From NCBI RefSeq assembly GCF_006345805.1, contig NC_043000.1, forward strand, positions 132,618,001 through 132,682,000: 64,000 bases of DNA. Direction: 5' to 3'. The position numbers and the translations under genes are program-made. Below, in pieces: positions 63,769 to 64,000 of this stretch (the stretch's first letter is position 1; every line of letters starts with the position of its first letter). The notes below the pieces were generated by a model. It saw only the letters and a program-made list of their open reading frames with translations. It was not told the DNA's origin and did no database searches. The DNA is from Octopus sinensis. Its lineage: Eukaryota.

Positions 63769-64000
63769 TATATATACAGAAAATTCCCAAGCATAAGTTA
63801 GTTGGTGAGAACCGAGTCTAGCTGACCGGCTGAACAAAACGCCGTCTCTAAAGGAAAAGGCACAAAGGGACAACTATGGTAACTCACCAACGAAGCAGTT
63901 GTTTCATCCCACGACTTTCACTTTCACTAACTCACTTCCTTTTCTCTGTAACGTTACCATATCTCTCGATATATACTACTATGACTCTTTTACTCTTTTA

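Overview
AT-rich, microsatellite- and transposon-dense animal genomic DNA with no prokaryotic features. The SINE families look like those of octopus/coleoid cephalopods; this is inferred from pattern recognition, not a database search. Almost every long ORF in the supplied track is a translated microsatellite. The one credible host gene is missed by the ORF track because it is spliced. It is a predicted three-exon + strand gene with a CCAAT/TATA/Inr promoter near 41834-41937, non-coding exon 1 at ~41934-41969, and coding exons at 47952-48021 and 50724-50863. It encodes a 69-aa secreted precursor with a C-x3-C-x19-C-x3-C mature domain. The second notable system is a set of (TA)n-embedded foldback elements carrying minimal type I hammerhead ribozyme folds, typical of Penelope-like element terminal repeats: a canonical one at 991-1037 (-), a near-canonical one at 7673-7729 (+), and a back-to-back pair in a 176-bp palindrome at 19765-19940. 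The rest is a layered transposon record. It includes four tRNA-derived SINE families (my labels A-D) with swapped heads and tails, hAT-Buster/Charlie, several Tc1/mariner and Tigger relics, an internally deleted Gypsy LTR element, R4/Dong, RTE and CR1 LINE fragments, a non-autonomous Helitron, and nested insertions with readable target-site duplications.
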